A stretch of 61,032 nt of DNA from Actinomycetes bacterium (GTDB taxonomy: Bacteria > Actinomycetota > Acidimicrobiia > Spongiisociales > SHLN01): contig JAHEJY010000002.1 in the NCBI GenBank assembly GCA_024638625.1, positions 1 to 61,032 of the forward strand, given 5' to 3'. This document shows positions 1-10,181 of the stretch, piece by piece. The notes under the pieces were generated by a model, which searched no databases, was not told the origin of the DNA, and saw only the letters and a program-made list of their open reading frames with translations. Position 1 is the first letter of the stretch. Every line of letters begins with the position of its first letter. The translations under genes and the position numbers were made by a program.

Positions 1-254
1 GAAGGCGAGGCAAAATAGTCCGCCATGTCAACCCAAACTGCTCCCTCCTCGACGTCAGCGTCGATGAGATCGCCGGGACCGTAGCCAGGGAGACCGCACA
101 TGAAAATGAGATTGAGGTCATCTACCAGCTCAGATTCCCTCGTGTAATCGAACCGTTCGATCACCTCCGCGATATCCGCCCCCGGATTCGCGATTACGTA
201 GGGGAGCATGCCCAGAATGCGACGCAGGCGTTTGACGGTTTTTGGACTGGTCAT
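1..254 (-). CDS. pafC: PafC, HTH/WYL-type transcriptional regulator (N-terminal part; gene runs off the window start)
   Basis: Minus-strand translation from the ATG at 252-254 gives MTSPKTVKRLRRILGMLPYVIANPGADIAEVIERFDYTRESELVDDLNLIFMCGLPGYGPGDLIDADV.... This is an HTH N-terminus with the LFMCGLPGYGPGDLI block typical of PafC. There is an ATGA overlap with the upstream gene's stop. It is the third gene after pafA, as in mycobacteria. Confidence 0.8.
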   Translation of the reverse strand, partial: MTSPKTVKRLRRILGMLPYVIANPGADIAEVIERFDYTRESELVDDLNLIFMCGLPGYGPGDLIDADVEEGAVWVDMADYFASP

Positions 255-1183
255 GGCACCGCCACCTCCGAGATGTGTGCCACGAGGCGATCCCGCAGCG
301 CCTGCGGCTCGAGGATCTCTGCCTTATCCACGAATCCGATGATCCAACCGATGAAGGCATCCGGGTTTGCGACGTCAAACGATGCCGTGGTCGAGCCATC
401 TTCGGCTTCGCCCGTGACCGCCTGTGGTGGGAGTTCACGTCGCGCCAGCCAGGCAACGTCGGAGTCGAAGCGGACCGTCGCACGGTACAACTCGTCTCCG
501 GCCTCCCATGGTCGCTCGATCATGGCCTCATCCACCCGGAACCCCCTGGGTCGGTCGAAAGCCTCATCTTGTTCACCTACCGCAAGGTTTTCGAGCCGAT
601 CGACCCGGTACACCCGAATGTCGTCGATGTCTCGTTGGCGCCCAACGACGTACCAATGACCATGGCGGTGTGCCAACCCGTACGGATCGACCTTGCGAGC
701 TTTGTCCCGGTAGTCGAACCCGATACGAGCGTGACGCGCAACGGCATCGAAGAGAGCAGCAACTGTGTCGAGGTCAGCTCCGAGGTTGGCCGCCAGCGGC
801 TCGCCGGTGGTTGACGCGGGTGCTCCACCCAGCTTGAACATCGCCTCCGGGCCGGTGGGCTCGCCACCGACGCGGACAACTTGTGCAGCCAGCCACAGCG
901 CCGCTCGTTCTTCGTCTGTCAGGCCGGGATCAACCAGCTGGTACTCGGCTGGATCGACGACATAACCGAACTCGACCTCCCAGTGATCGGTCGGAGCCAG
1001 CTTCATAGGGATACCCAGGCCCCGCAACAAGTCTTTGTCCCGTTCGAACATGCGACGGAAGGCCTCATCCGTGGGCTGGTCGTAGCCGGCGACCGTGAAT
1101 CTGATCTCCTCCGCCGACACGGGGCGGCCAACCGTGAGCAGGAAGGCGAGCAGATTGATGATGCGTTCGATGACTTTGTTCAT
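251..1183 (-). CDS. pafB: PafB, HTH/WYL-domain transcriptional regulator
   Basis: The ORF is 251..1363. The likely start is the ATG at 1181-1183 (MNKVIERIINLLAFLLTVGRPVSAEEIRFTVAGY...), which gives the HTH N-terminus typical of PafB/PafC. A WYL-like central region is present (HRHGHWYVVGRQRD). It lies directly downstream of pafA. Confidence 0.8.
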   Translation of the reverse strand: MNKVIERIINLLAFLLTVGRPVSAEEIRFTVAGYDQPTDEAFRRMFERDKDLLRGLGIPMKLAPTDHWEVEFGYVVDPAEYQLVDPGLTDEERAALWLAAQVVRVGGEPTGPEAMFKLGGAPASTTGEPLAANLGADLDTVAALFDAVARHARIGFDYRDKARKVDPYGLAHRHGHWYVVGRQRDIDDIRVYRVDRLENLAVGEQDEAFDRPRGFRVDEAMIERPWEAGDELYRATVRFDSDVAWLARRELPPQAVTGEAEDGSTTASFDVANPDAFIGWIIGFVDKAEILEPQALRDRLVAHISEVAVP

Positions 1184-1302
1184 GCTCGAATCCCGAATAG
1201 GTGCGCCGTAAGCCCGGCAGTACGGGCGCTGGAAGCGTATGTCATGGGAACCGGAGGATGAAGCACCCATGCGAGGAATCTCGCTACCGCGCTCGATAGC
1301 CC

Positions 1303-2658
1303 TCAGAGGCTGGCAATGAGGCGTTCTACCCGTTCGTCTACCGCCTTGAACGGGTCCTTGCACAGCACGGTACGCTGCGCCTGGTCGTTGAGTTTCAGGT
1401 GTACCCAGTCAACTGTGAAATCACGTTTGTTGGCTTTTGCCGCCTTGATGAAGTCGCCTCGCAACTTTGCCCGGGTTGTCTGAGGTGCCATGGTCATCGC
1501 CTTCTCGATGGCGTCGTCCGTCACCACCCGATCCATCATGCCGCGACTCTGGAGGATATAGAACAGGCCTCGCTGCTGGTTGACGTCGTGATACGCCAGG
1601 TCCAACAACGACAAACGGGGCGAACTCAGGGCCAGATCGTGCCGGGCCCGATACTGTTCGAGCAGGTGGTATTTCGCCACCCAATCGACCTCTCGTCTGA
1701 GGCCTAGAGGGTCTTTTTCCAAATTGGTGAGCAGGTACTCCCACATATCGACCGCTTTCTCGACCTGCGGAGGGAAACCGGTCGTCCTGGCATATCTGAC
1801 AGCTCGCTCCAGGTATTCCCACTGCATATCGAGAGCCGACAGCTCTCGACCGTTGGCCAGACGAACCTTGCGGCGGCACGACATGTCGTGACTGATTTCA
1901 CGGATGGCCCGGATCGGGTTCTCGAGCGAGAGATCACGAAACACAACTTCATCTTCGAGCATCTGAAGAATGGCCAGAGCGGCGCCTACTTTCACGAAAT
2001 TCGTGTATTCGCTCATGTTTGAGTCGCCCGCTATGACATGGAGCCGACGATAGCGCTCGGCGTCGGCGTGTGGTTCGTCACGGGTATTGATGATCGGGCG
2101 GCTTCGCGTGGTGGCCGAGGACACTCCCTCCCATATGTGCTCGGCGCGCTGGGCCAAGCAATACACCGTTCCGCGAGCGGTGTGCAGCAACTTGCCCGCA
2201 CCGGCAAACACCTGGCGACTCACAAAAAACGGAATCATGGTGTCGATCATCTTCTGGAAATCACCCTGGCGACCAACGAGGTAGTTCTCGTGACAGCCAT
2301 ACGAGTTGCCTGCCGAGTCGGTGTTGTTCTTGAAGAGATAGACATCTCCCCGGATCCCTTCCTCCTCGAGCCGCTTTTCGGCCGAGTCGACCAATGCCGC
2401 CAACACCCGTTCACCGGCCTTGTCATGGGCCACGACATCGAGGAGGTTGTCGCACTCGGGGGTGGCGTATTCGGGGTGACTGCCTACGTCGAGGTAGAGC
2501 CTCGCGCCGTTTTCGAGAAAGACATTCGACGACCGACCCCAGCTGACCACCCGCCGGAAGAGGTAGCGGGCGACCTCATCAGGTGAGAGTCGTCGTTGAC
2601 CGCGCAACGTGCACGTGACCCCGTACTCATTCTCGATTCCAAATATCCTGCGATCCAT
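1303..2658 (-). CDS. pafA: Pup--protein ligase PafA
   Basis: 451 aa. [16 protein letters not shown]... with an HPEYATPEC block. It is a paralog of the dop product in this window and sits in the canonical position downstream of prcA. Confidence 0.95.
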   Translation of the reverse strand: MDRRIFGIENEYGVTCTLRGQRRLSPDEVARYLFRRVVSWGRSSNVFLENGARLYLDVGSHPEYATPECDNLLDVVAHDKAGERVLAALVDSAEKRLEEEGIRGDVYLFKNNTDSAGNSYGCHENYLVGRQGDFQKMIDTMIPFFVSRQVFAGAGKLLHTARGTVYCLAQRAEHIWEGVSSATTRSRPIINTRDEPHADAERYRRLHVIAGDSNMSEYTNFVKVGAALAILQMLEDEVVFRDLSLENPIRAIREISHDMSCRRKVRLANGRELSALDMQWEYLERAVRYARTTGFPPQVEKAVDMWEYLLTNLEKDPLGLRREVDWVAKYHLLEQYRARHDLALSSPRLSLLDLAYHDVNQQRGLFYILQSRGMMDRVVTDDAIEKAMTMAPQTTRAKLRGDFIKAAKANKRDFTVDWVHLKLNDQAQRTVLCKDPFKAVDERVERLIASL

Positions 2659-2730
2659 TGCGACCAGAGTACCCCCTCCCCCGTGTTGGACACCGGACCA
2701 AGCCGTCCCGGTCGGAGAACGACCGGCCAG

Positions 2731-3417
2731 CTAGCTTCGGTTGCGGGCGGCCTCGATTTCATCGGCAGTCAAACGGCGGAAGGACCGGCGCCCGTTCTCC
2801 CTGTCGACCACGGCCGCCTCCCACTCGTTTGACGGGATGGTTCGTTCCTCGACGGCTTCGAAGGCTCCGATGGCCATCGCGACGGCCGCGTCGAGCGACA
2901 ATCCACTTTCGTAGCGGTCTCGCAATACCTCTGTGAGCTCTTCTTCCTGCCCACCTATGGCACAGAAGTCTCGCTCATCCCCCAGCGTTCCGTCGTACCG
3001 AATCCGAAAGAGCCGGTTGTCGTCGGCTTCATTACCGACCTCGGCAATCAGAAGTTCGATCTCAAACGGCTTGGGTTGGTTCGTGAAGACCGTACCGAGC
3101 GTTTGGGCGTAGGCGTTGGCCAGTCCCTTGGCATTCACGTCTTCCCGCCCGTAGTTGAAGCCCTTTACGTCCGCATGTCGGATCCCTGCAACCCGCAGTG
3201 ATTCAAATTCGTTGTATTTGCCGACGCCGGCGAAGGCGATCTTGTCGTATACCTCACCGATCTTGTTGAGAGCCCGGCTGGGGTTTTCGGCAACAATGAG
3301 AATGCCCGTTGCGTATTCGATGGCCAGGATGGACCGGCCCTTGGCAATGCCTTTGCGGGCGAACTCGGCCCGGTCCTGCATGAGCTGCTCGGGAGGCACG
3401 TAGAACGGCATCGTCAT
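2731..3417 (-). CDS. prcA: 20S proteasome alpha subunit
   Basis: 228 aa. [29 protein letters not shown]... is the typical bacterial PrcA N-terminus. There is a 4-nt overlap with prcB. Confidence 0.95.
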   Translation of the reverse strand: MTMPFYVPPEQLMQDRAEFARKGIAKGRSILAIEYATGILIVAENPSRALNKIGEVYDKIAFAGVGKYNEFESLRVAGIRHADVKGFNYGREDVNAKGLANAYAQTLGTVFTNQPKPFEIELLIAEVGNEADDNRLFRIRYDGTLGDERDFCAIGGQEEELTEVLRDRYESGLSLDAAVAMAIGAFEAVEERTIPSNEWEAAVVDRENGRRSFRRLTADEIEAARNRS

Positions 3418-4196
3418 GATTGGCGCTCCAAGACTTCGCGAGAGATACGGGCAACTTCGGCTTCATCGACCTCCTGATACCCTCCGGCGTCTACGACTGC
3501 CACGATCGGAAATATGGCCCGTTGAATGTCTGGACCCCCGGTGGCAGTGTCTTCATCGGAGGCTGCGACAATCGCCTCGATAGCCGCCGCGGCGGCTTCT
3601 TCTTTGGAGAGGTCGTCGCGGAACACAGCGCGTAAATACGCCTTGGCATGCAGGCTTCCTGAGCCGGTTGCCGCATAGTCGACCTCCTCGTAGCGTCCGC
3701 CGACTACGTCGTACGTGTAGATCCGGCCCCGCTCGTCGCGTTCGTCATAGCCACAGAACAGCGGAACGACTGCCATGCCCTGCAGGGCAAGAGGCATCTG
3801 ATTGCGCACCAGCGCCCCCAGGTAGTTGGCCTTGCCTTCGAGCGACAGCCGGTTGCCCTCGAGCTTTTCGTAGTGCTCCAGTTCCGTTTGAAACAGCTTG
3901 ACGAGTTCCATTGCGATGCCGGCTGTGCCCGCGATGGCAACCGCTGAATGAGAATCAGCCGGGAAGACCTTGTCCATTCGCCTATGAGCGATGAGATTGC
4001 CCATCGTCGCCCGCCGGTCCCCCACCATCGCCACCCCGTCTGCAGTCTTGAGCGCAAGGACGGTCGTCGCCTCGGGGGCTCCTGCCAGATCGATCGCACC
4101 AACATCCCAGGTGGGCATCTGACCCGCCCGGCGCAACAAGTCTGTGAAACTCGATTCGTGCCGGTGGTCGAATCCGTTCGGGAGGTCCAAACTCAC
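3414..4196 (-). CDS. prcB: 20S proteasome beta subunit (with propeptide)
   Basis: 260 aa. The propeptide is followed by a [21 protein letters not shown] block (catalytic Thr1 context). There are 4-nt overlaps with pup and prcA. Confidence 0.95.
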   Translation of the reverse strand: MSLDLPNGFDHRHESSFTDLLRRAGQMPTWDVGAIDLAGAPEATTVLALKTADGVAMVGDRRATMGNLIAHRRMDKVFPADSHSAVAIAGTAGIAMELVKLFQTELEHYEKLEGNRLSLEGKANYLGALVRNQMPLALQGMAVVPLFCGYDERDERGRIYTYDVVGGRYEEVDYAATGSGSLHAKAYLRAVFRDDLSKEEAAAAAIEAIVAASDEDTATGGPDIQRAIFPIVAVVDAGGYQEVDEAEVARISREVLERQS

Positions 4197-4381
4197 TCCC
4201 CGCCCTTTTGGACGTAGTTCTTCACAAACTCTTCTGCATTCTCTTCGAGAACCGAATCGATCTCGTCGAGTAGGTCATCGATCTTTTCGGTCAGCTCTTC
4301 GCCGGTTTCGGACGACTCGATTTCCGTCTCGACCTCGTCAGTGGACTCGGATCTCGATGAGCTCTGTTCCCGTTCGGTCAT
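4193..4381 (-). CDS. pup: Prokaryotic ubiquitin-like protein Pup (C-terminus GGE)
   Basis: 62 aa, acidic and disordered-looking, ending ...[15 protein letters not shown] Shine-Dalgarno sequence lies upstream. It sits between dop and prcB. Confidence 0.95.
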   Translation of the reverse strand: MTEREQSSSRSESTDEVETEIESSETGEELTEKIDDLLDEIDSVLEENAEEFVKNYVQKGGE

Positions 4382-4508
4382 GCCGACTCCTCTTTGTACT
4401 ACACGTCTGGATTATGGAAAATCTGGTTGACGGAAAATAGGTATCCGTAGATAGGTAGCAGTATGGCGCGTCTGACATTATGCCCCGGCTTTCGTCGGAC
4501 GGGAACGA

Positions 4509-5990
4509 TCAGGCCGAAAGTCCTTCTATGAGAGATTTCGGATCCGGCGAGGCATCCAGCAAGCCCTCTACCAGCTCCCGGTTGCCGTTGAGGGGTTCCA
4601 TCATCGGAATTCGCTGATGGACATCGGTCCCGACGTCAAATACGAGAGAATCCCAGTTGGCCGCTTTGAGCCACTCCTGGTAACGGCGAACGCATTCGCC
4701 GCGGAAATAGGCCCGGGTGCGTTCGGGTGGCCGGTCAACAGCCGCTTCGATCTGCTCGTTTGTGAACAGCCGTCGCATTCGTCCGGCCCGGGTCAGCTTG
4801 TAGTGAAGGCCGCGTTCTGGCTCGATGTCGTGGTACTGGAGAGCTACCAAGGACAGCTTGGGATCGTCCCAGTCGAGTTCATCCCGGTCTCGATACTGAT
4901 TGAGAAGCTGCATCTTGGCCGTCCAGTCAAGCCGGTCAGCCGTCAGCACCGGATCGGCCTCGAGGTCGCCGAGTAGTGATTCCCATTCCGAGATCACCAT
5001 CGCGTAGCTCTCCGGTAATTCGTTGTTTTCAACGTATTTCGCGGCCTGTTCGAACATCAGCCACTGCAAGTTCAGGGCGGTGACGACATCGCCGTTGTCC
5101 AGCTCGACCGTGTGCTTGAGGGTCGGATCGTGGCTGATTTGCCAATGAGCGGTAACGGCATCGGCGAGCCGGGGAGGGGCGGTGAGAACCTCATCCTCGA
5201 TCATCGACAACATGAGAGCCGTAGAACCGAGCTTGACGAGCATCTGGACTTCCGACATGTTGGCATCGCCGACGATGACATGGAGGCGCCGATACTTACT
5301 CGGGTCACCGTGCGGCTCGTCGCGAGTGTTGATGAGTGGCCGCTTCAGCGTCGTTTCCAGACCAACTTCTTCCTCGAAGAAATCGGCCCGTTGGGTGATC
5401 TGGTAGGGAACCGCAGTCCGACCGTTCTCTGACTTGAGTTTTCCCGAGCCAGTGATCACCTGGCGGCTGACCATGAACGGCAACAGATGGGAGACAACGT
5501 CGCCGAACGGAACCTGCCGGCTCAACAAATAGTTTTCATGGGCACCATAGGAGTTCGATTTGCCATCTGAGTTGTTCTTGTGGACGAGAAGTTCTTCACC
5601 GTCGTCGAATACGTTCACCGAACCGCTCTTTGCCCTCGCCATCACGACTTCGCCGGCCTTGTCGTAGAGCACAGCCTCCAGTGGATCGAAGCATTCGGGC
5701 GACGAGTACTCCGGGTGAGCGTGGTCGACATACAGGCGAGCGCCGTTTGCGAGAACGACGTTCACCAATCCGCTGTCGAGATCGGGTATGAAACCACCTT
5801 CGGGACCGTATCCGCGAGCATCACGACCAGGGCTTTCCTCTTCATGGGACCACTGAATGCGGGCCCGCAGCCCGGCGTACGAGTTGACGAGTATCGACGA
5901 GAGCAACACGGGATTGAATTCAGGATTGCCACGGAGAGCGATTCCAAACTCGGTTTCGGTCCCGATGACCTTGTGGATGGCCCTGGTCAC
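4509..5990 (-). CDS. dop: Depupylase/deamidase Dop
   Basis: 493 aa, GTG start. (M)TRAIHKVIGTETEFGI..., HPEYSSPEC. It is a PafA paralog located between mpa and pup. Confidence 0.95.
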   Translation of the reverse strand: MTRAIHKVIGTETEFGIALRGNPEFNPVLLSSILVNSYAGLRARIQWSHEEESPGRDARGYGPEGGFIPDLDSGLVNVVLANGARLYVDHAHPEYSSPECFDPLEAVLYDKAGEVVMARAKSGSVNVFDDGEELLVHKNNSDGKSNSYGAHENYLLSRQVPFGDVVSHLLPFMVSRQVITGSGKLKSENGRTAVPYQITQRADFFEEEVGLETTLKRPLINTRDEPHGDPSKYRRLHVIVGDANMSEVQMLVKLGSTALMLSMIEDEVLTAPPRLADAVTAHWQISHDPTLKHTVELDNGDVVTALNLQWLMFEQAAKYVENNELPESYAMVISEWESLLGDLEADPVLTADRLDWTAKMQLLNQYRDRDELDWDDPKLSLVALQYHDIEPERGLHYKLTRAGRMRRLFTNEQIEAAVDRPPERTRAYFRGECVRRYQEWLKAANWDSLVFDVGTDVHQRIPMMEPLNGNRELVEGLLDASPDPKSLIEGLSA

Positions 5991-6122
5991 TGTGTCCTCA
6001 TGTCTTTGGCCGCTGCCCCATTCGTCGCCTCGCCACCAAACCTCCCGCAGTCCGACGTGCGACCTGCATCGTGGCTCGGGCGGGGAGGTGCCGAGCGCAG
6101 GAGGATCAGCTTAGAGGCGTCC

Positions 6123-7844
6123 CTAGAGATACTGACCGGTCGAGGTGGTCTCGATCGTCCGGCTCTCTCTATTGCCCTCGATAAGCGTGCGAACGTACAC
6201 GATCCGTTCACCCTTCTTGCCACTGATCTTGGCCCAGTCATCGGGGTTGGTGGTATTCGGTAGATCTTCTTGCTCGCGGAATTCTCGAACAACGGACTCG
6301 ATGAGGTCCGCGGCGCGGATGCCACCTAGCCCGGTTTCGATCTCTCGTTTGATGGCCTCTTTCTTGGCTCGCCTGACCACGTTTTCGATCATCGCGCCGC
6401 TGCTGAAGTCCTTGAAGTACAAAACTTCCTTGTCGCCGTTGGCGTAGGTGACCTCGAGAAACCGGTTCTCGTCGCTGACGTCATACATCGCATCGACAGC
6501 AGAGTTCACCATCGCGGTCATCATTTTCTGCCGATCCTTGCCGTATCTGTCAAGCTCCTCCGCGTCGAGGGGAAGGTTTTCTTTGAGGTAGATCGCGAAG
6601 ATCTGTCGAGCTGCCATATTGTTCGGCCGATCGATCTTGATCTTCACATCCAGCCTGCCCGGGCGCAGGATCGCCGGGTCGATCAGGTCTTCTCGATTGG
6701 ATGCGCCTATGACGATTACGTTCTTGAGCGCTTCGACACCGTCGAGTTCGGACAGCAATTGAGGAACGATGGTGGATTCGACGTCGGACGATATCCCCGT
6801 GCCGCGTGTCCGAAACAGGCTGTCCATTTCGTCAAAGAACACGATGACCGGCACACCTTCGTCGGACCGCTCCTTGGCCCGCTGGAAAATCAGCCGTATC
6901 TGTCGCTCTGTCTCACCGACATATTTGTTGAGAAGCTCCGGACCCTTGATATTCAAGAAATAAGAACGTGCGTCGGCGTGGCCTTCCTTCTCGGCGACGG
7001 CCTGTGCCAGATTGTTGGCGACCGCTTTCGCGATCAGCGTCTTACCGCAGCCAGGAGGCCCGTATAGCAGAATCCCCTTCGGGGGCTCCAGCTGGTACTC
7101 GACGAAACGATCCTTGTGAACGAACGGCAGCTCAACCGCATCGCGGATCATTTCGATCTGGTCCGTGAGACCCCCGACCTGGTCGTATGTCACATCCGGG
7201 ACTTCTTCGAGAACGAGCTCTTCGACTTCAGGGCGAATCAGGCGCTCGAGAACGAGTCCCGTCTTGGGTTCGATACGCACGTGGTCGCCTACCCGGACGA
7301 ATTCACCGAGCATCGGCTCGGAGCGGCGAACCACTCTCTCCTCGTCTCCCCTGGACAGGATCAGGATCCGCTCTTCATCCATGATGTCCTTGACAGTCAC
7401 GACGTCGCCCTGGATCGTGAAGTCGCGCAGGTCGACAACGTTGTACGCCTCGTTCAACAGCACTTCTTGCCCCCGTTCGAGGCTCTTGATCTCGATCGTC
7501 GGCTCGACGTTGACCCTGAGCTTCCGGCCGCCTGTGAACACATCTGCCGTACCATCAGCGTTGATGCCCAGAATGGTTCCGAATGGATTTGGCGGTGATG
7601 TGAGCTTCTCGACCTCATCGCGGAGGATTGCCAGCTGCTCGCGAGTTTCCTCGAGCGCAACGCTGAGCTTGTCGTTTTGAGAGGCAGCTTGGGAAAGCTG
7701 GCCTTTGGTCTCGAGCAGGCGTTCTTCGAGCACGCGGACCCGTCGCGGTGAGTCTTGCATGCGGCGGCGTAAGATCATGATCTCGTCTTCGAGATTCCGG
7801 ATCGTCGCCCGGAGCTCGGCCACGTCTCTGGCTTCGTCGCTCAT
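6123..7844 (-). CDS. mpa: Proteasome-associated AAA ATPase Mpa/ARC
   Basis: 573 aa. N-terminal coiled coil, Walker A GPPGCGKT, and the C-terminal GQYL proteasome-docking motif (...STGQYL). Confidence 0.95.
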   Translation of the reverse strand: MSDEARDVAELRATIRNLEDEIMILRRRMQDSPRRVRVLEERLLETKGQLSQAASQNDKLSVALEETREQLAILRDEVEKLTSPPNPFGTILGINADGTADVFTGGRKLRVNVEPTIEIKSLERGQEVLLNEAYNVVDLRDFTIQGDVVTVKDIMDEERILILSRGDEERVVRRSEPMLGEFVRVGDHVRIEPKTGLVLERLIRPEVEELVLEEVPDVTYDQVGGLTDQIEMIRDAVELPFVHKDRFVEYQLEPPKGILLYGPPGCGKTLIAKAVANNLAQAVAEKEGHADARSYFLNIKGPELLNKYVGETERQIRLIFQRAKERSDEGVPVIVFFDEMDSLFRTRGTGISSDVESTIVPQLLSELDGVEALKNVIVIGASNREDLIDPAILRPGRLDVKIKIDRPNNMAARQIFAIYLKENLPLDAEELDRYGKDRQKMMTAMVNSAVDAMYDVSDENRFLEVTYANGDKEVLYFKDFSSGAMIENVVRRAKKEAIKREIETGLGGIRAADLIESVVREFREQEDLPNTTNPDDWAKISGKKGERIVYVRTLIEGNRESRTIETTSTGQYL

Positions 7845-8004
7845 AGGTTCCTTATCGGTCGGTCGGCTGCCACGGATAAGCAGTATACGAGTGGGTCAAG
7901 ATAGGGAATCGGTTCGCGAAAAACGCGGTAATAGCTTCCAGAATCTACCACAGCATGGCAGTCAGACGTGCGTGGAAGAGGGGGCCGGCATGAATTGTCG
8001 GGCG

Positions 8005-8031
8005 CGAAAAAGGCGCCACCAGGGCGCCTTT
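8005..8031 (-). terminator. Rho-independent terminator downstream of the ferredoxin gene
   Basis: On the minus strand: AAAGGCGCC-CTGGT-GGCGCCTTTTT. The GGCGCC stems are at 8012-8017 and 8023-8028, followed by a T-run. It lies about 35 nt after the ferredoxin stop. Confidence 0.6.
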
Positions 8032-8062
8032 CGCTACAAATCTCGTCCAGTCGGACGTCCGA

Positions 8063-8308
8063 TCAGGGTTCGATGAAAATACACTCACCCGGACACTCTT
8101 CGGCAGATTCGACAACCAGATCTTCCTGACCGGAAGGTACTACCGCCAGTCCCTCGGCGCCCTCAGGATTGCCCTTCTCTGCCGCGAAAACCTTTTCGCC
8201 CTCCCGAACGTAGGCCAGACCATCGTCGAGCAATACGAACACATCGGGTGCAATCTCCTCGCAGAGACCGTCTCCGGTGCAGAGGTCCTGATCAATCCAA
8301 ACTTTCAC
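8063..8308 (-). CDS. Small single-cluster ferredoxin (3Fe-4S/4Fe-4S type)
   Basis: 81 aa, GTG start. (M)KVWIDQDLCTGDGLCEEIAPDVF...ECPGECIFIE, with the Cys pattern CxxDxxC...CP typical of actinobacterial Fdx. Confidence 0.85.
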   Translation of the reverse strand: MKVWIDQDLCTGDGLCEEIAPDVFVLLDDGLAYVREGEKVFAAEKGNPEGAEGLAVVPSGQEDLVVESAEECPGECIFIEP

Positions 8309-8350
8309 ATCGAAACCTTTACGTCGAAACCTTTACGTCGAAACCTTTAC
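8309..8350. repeat. Three tandem 14-nt repeats (minus sense GTAAAGGTTTCGAC/T) abutting the ferredoxin start codon
   Basis: Units are at 8337-8350, 8323-8336 and 8309-8322. The first 14 nt of the CDS (8295-8308, GTGAAAGTTTGGAT) form a fourth, diverged unit. Confidence 0.9.
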
Positions 8351-8481
8351 TACTGACCTTGCAGGTACAGCTACCACCTTTGCAGCTACGGACTGAGATC
8401 GGTCTCAAGCCCGGCCTATCGGCCAACGACGATTGTACCCCGTTCTGTGCACTGTCCCGATGGTTCTCTTTGCTCTGAGTT

Positions 8482-9264
8482 TCATGGAGCGCCCGCCAGC
8501 TTACGAGCGAACGTCAGGAAACCGGTATGCCCCACCATCCGATGGTCCGGGCGGACCGATCGTCCCGTGACATTCCATGTGCGCTGCATGACTTCGAGGT
8601 GCATGACATCGGCAAAGCACCCGGCCTGGTCGAGTGCGTCCTGGGTCTGTTGAAGCTGCGGCACGGTCGGCACGTAGGTCGTCAGCACGCCTCCCGGCTG
8701 CAGGCCGGTAGCCACCGCCGGAACGACCTCGAATGGCTCAGGCAGGTCGAGCACCACCCGGTCGGGGCGGGTTTCTTCAATGTGGTCGGCGACGTCGCCG
8801 ATGGTCAACTCGATCCAGGACGGAATCCCTCCGAAGAATCGCTCGATGGTCTTCGCAGCGTGGGCTGCATGGTCGTCCCGGCGCTCTACCGAAACCAGGC
8901 GACCGGTGGAACCCACGATTCGCCCAAGGGCGCACGTTAGGGCTCCCGAGCCGGTTCCGGCTTCTACGACCGTCTGCCCGGGTGCGATATCGCCCCACAC
9001 AATGATGTGCCCGATGTCCTTTGGATAGACGACCTGGGCGCCTCGTTTCATCCTGAGGATGAAGTCCGCCAAACGTGGATGAAGCGCCGTCAGCTTCGCT
9101 CCCCCGCTCGATTCGACGATGCTCCCCGAATCGAGACCGATGATGGTGTCGTGTGCGAGGAAACCCCGATGGAAGTGGAACTGGCCTCCCGATTGGAGGC
9201 TGACCAGATACTTGCGGTCTTTTTGGTCGATCAGCATGCACTGATCACCCTCGGAAAACTTCAC
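8482..9264 (-). CDS. trmI: tRNA (adenine58-N1)-methyltransferase TrmI
   Basis: FHFHRGFLAHDTIIG..., then the SAM motif VVEAGTGSGALTCALGRIVG. The ORF extends to 9489, but the likely start is the GTG at 9262-9264, which overlaps the ttuA stop (GTGA). trmI next to mpa is a conserved actinobacterial neighbourhood. Confidence 0.85.
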   Translation of the reverse strand: MKFSEGDQCMLIDQKDRKYLVSLQSGGQFHFHRGFLAHDTIIGLDSGSIVESSGGAKLTALHPRLADFILRMKRGAQVVYPKDIGHIIVWGDIAPGQTVVEAGTGSGALTCALGRIVGSTGRLVSVERRDDHAAHAAKTIERFFGGIPSWIELTIGDVADHIEETRPDRVVLDLPEPFEVVPAVATGLQPGGVLTTYVPTVPQLQQTQDALDQAGCFADVMHLEVMQRTWNVTGRSVRPDHRMVGHTGFLTFARKLAGAP

Positions 9265-10181
9265 GCTTTCATCCTGATTTCCAGGCGGCAGAAGGCACAC
9301 GTCTCCCCAATGGTCGGTTGCCCGCAGGACTGACAGGTAGTGAGGTGAGGCTGCTCGCTCGAGAACCGATCCGCCGCGTTCTCGAGGTAGCCAAACAGGA
9401 ACCTGTGTTTGGCTCCGGGTGCTCGTTCCTCCAGCTCGTTGAGCCACTCTTTCATCTTGATACCCGTATTGCCCTCGACCATCGGACATTCTTCGACCTC
9501 GTAATCGATGCCGTTGAGAATGCAGTAGGCGGCGGTTTCACGCTCGGCCAGACGGATGAGGGGCTTGACTTTCCGAATCAAACCGTTGCCGGAAGCAGGC
9601 AGCACCGGGTGTTGACGTCCGATGTACTCGGTGTTCCATTGCAACACGTTCCCCATGAGCGTCGCCGCCTCGTCGTCGAGGTTGTGGCCCATGACAAGAG
9701 CGTCGTACTCGCCATCCAGGGCAGCTTGATTGAGGATGTATCGCTTCGACAAGCCACAGACCGAGCATGGGACTCGCCGGGTTTCGGTTGCAGCCTCGGG
9801 AATCGTGAAGCCGTAACGCGTCGACAGGTCGATGATTTCGAGCTTCAGGCCCCGGTCCGAGGCGAAGGACTCGCAGTATTGACGGCTGACATCGCTGTAT
9901 GCGTGACCCTCCTCCTCGGAAAGCTCTCCTCCGATACCGAGCTCCAGATATACGCCATCCACCGAATAGCCGAGCCGGGTGAGAATATCCCACATTGCGA
10001 GGCTGTCTTTTCCGCCCGAGACACCTAGCAAGAGGCGGTCTTCGAACGTCACCATGTCGAAGTCTTTGATGGCTTTTTCGACCTGTCGGACGGCGTGCGC
10101 CGTGAAATGTTCTGGACAGAAGGCGGCGTTATGCCGTCGAATCTTGATGGCCGCCTTCCCCCGACATACCCGGCATTTCAT
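9261..10181 (-). CDS. ttuA: TtuA/NcsA-family PP-loop tRNA 2-thiolation ATPase
   Basis: 306 aa. N-terminal zinc finger MKCRVCRGKAAIKIRRHNAAFCPEHF, PP-loop SGGKDS, cluster cysteines PCSVCG...ECP, and a C-terminal zinc finger CQSCGQPTIGETCAFC. Confidence 0.8.
   Translation of the reverse strand: MKCRVCRGKAAIKIRRHNAAFCPEHFTAHAVRQVEKAIKDFDMVTFEDRLLLGVSGGKDSLAMWDILTRLGYSVDGVYLELGIGGELSEEEGHAYSDVSRQYCESFASDRGLKLEIIDLSTRYGFTIPEAATETRRVPCSVCGLSKRYILNQAALDGEYDALVMGHNLDDEAATLMGNVLQWNTEYIGRQHPVLPASGNGLIRKVKPLIRLAERETAAYCILNGIDYEVEECPMVEGNTGIKMKEWLNELEERAPGAKHRFLFGYLENAADRFSSEQPHLTTCQSCGQPTIGETCAFCRLEIRMKA

Noticed and set aside
1184-1363. The upstream extension of the pafB ORF, which overlaps the pafA 3' end.
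   Set aside because: The HTH N-terminus typical of PafB starts at the ATG at 1183. The extension is Arg/Gly-rich with no homology pattern and would overlap pafA.
9265-9489. The N-terminal 75 codons of the 335-aa trmI ORF.
   Set aside because: They overlap the 3' end of ttuA in another frame. TrmI homology begins at VKFSEGD, and the GTG at 9264 overlaps the ttuA stop (GTGA).
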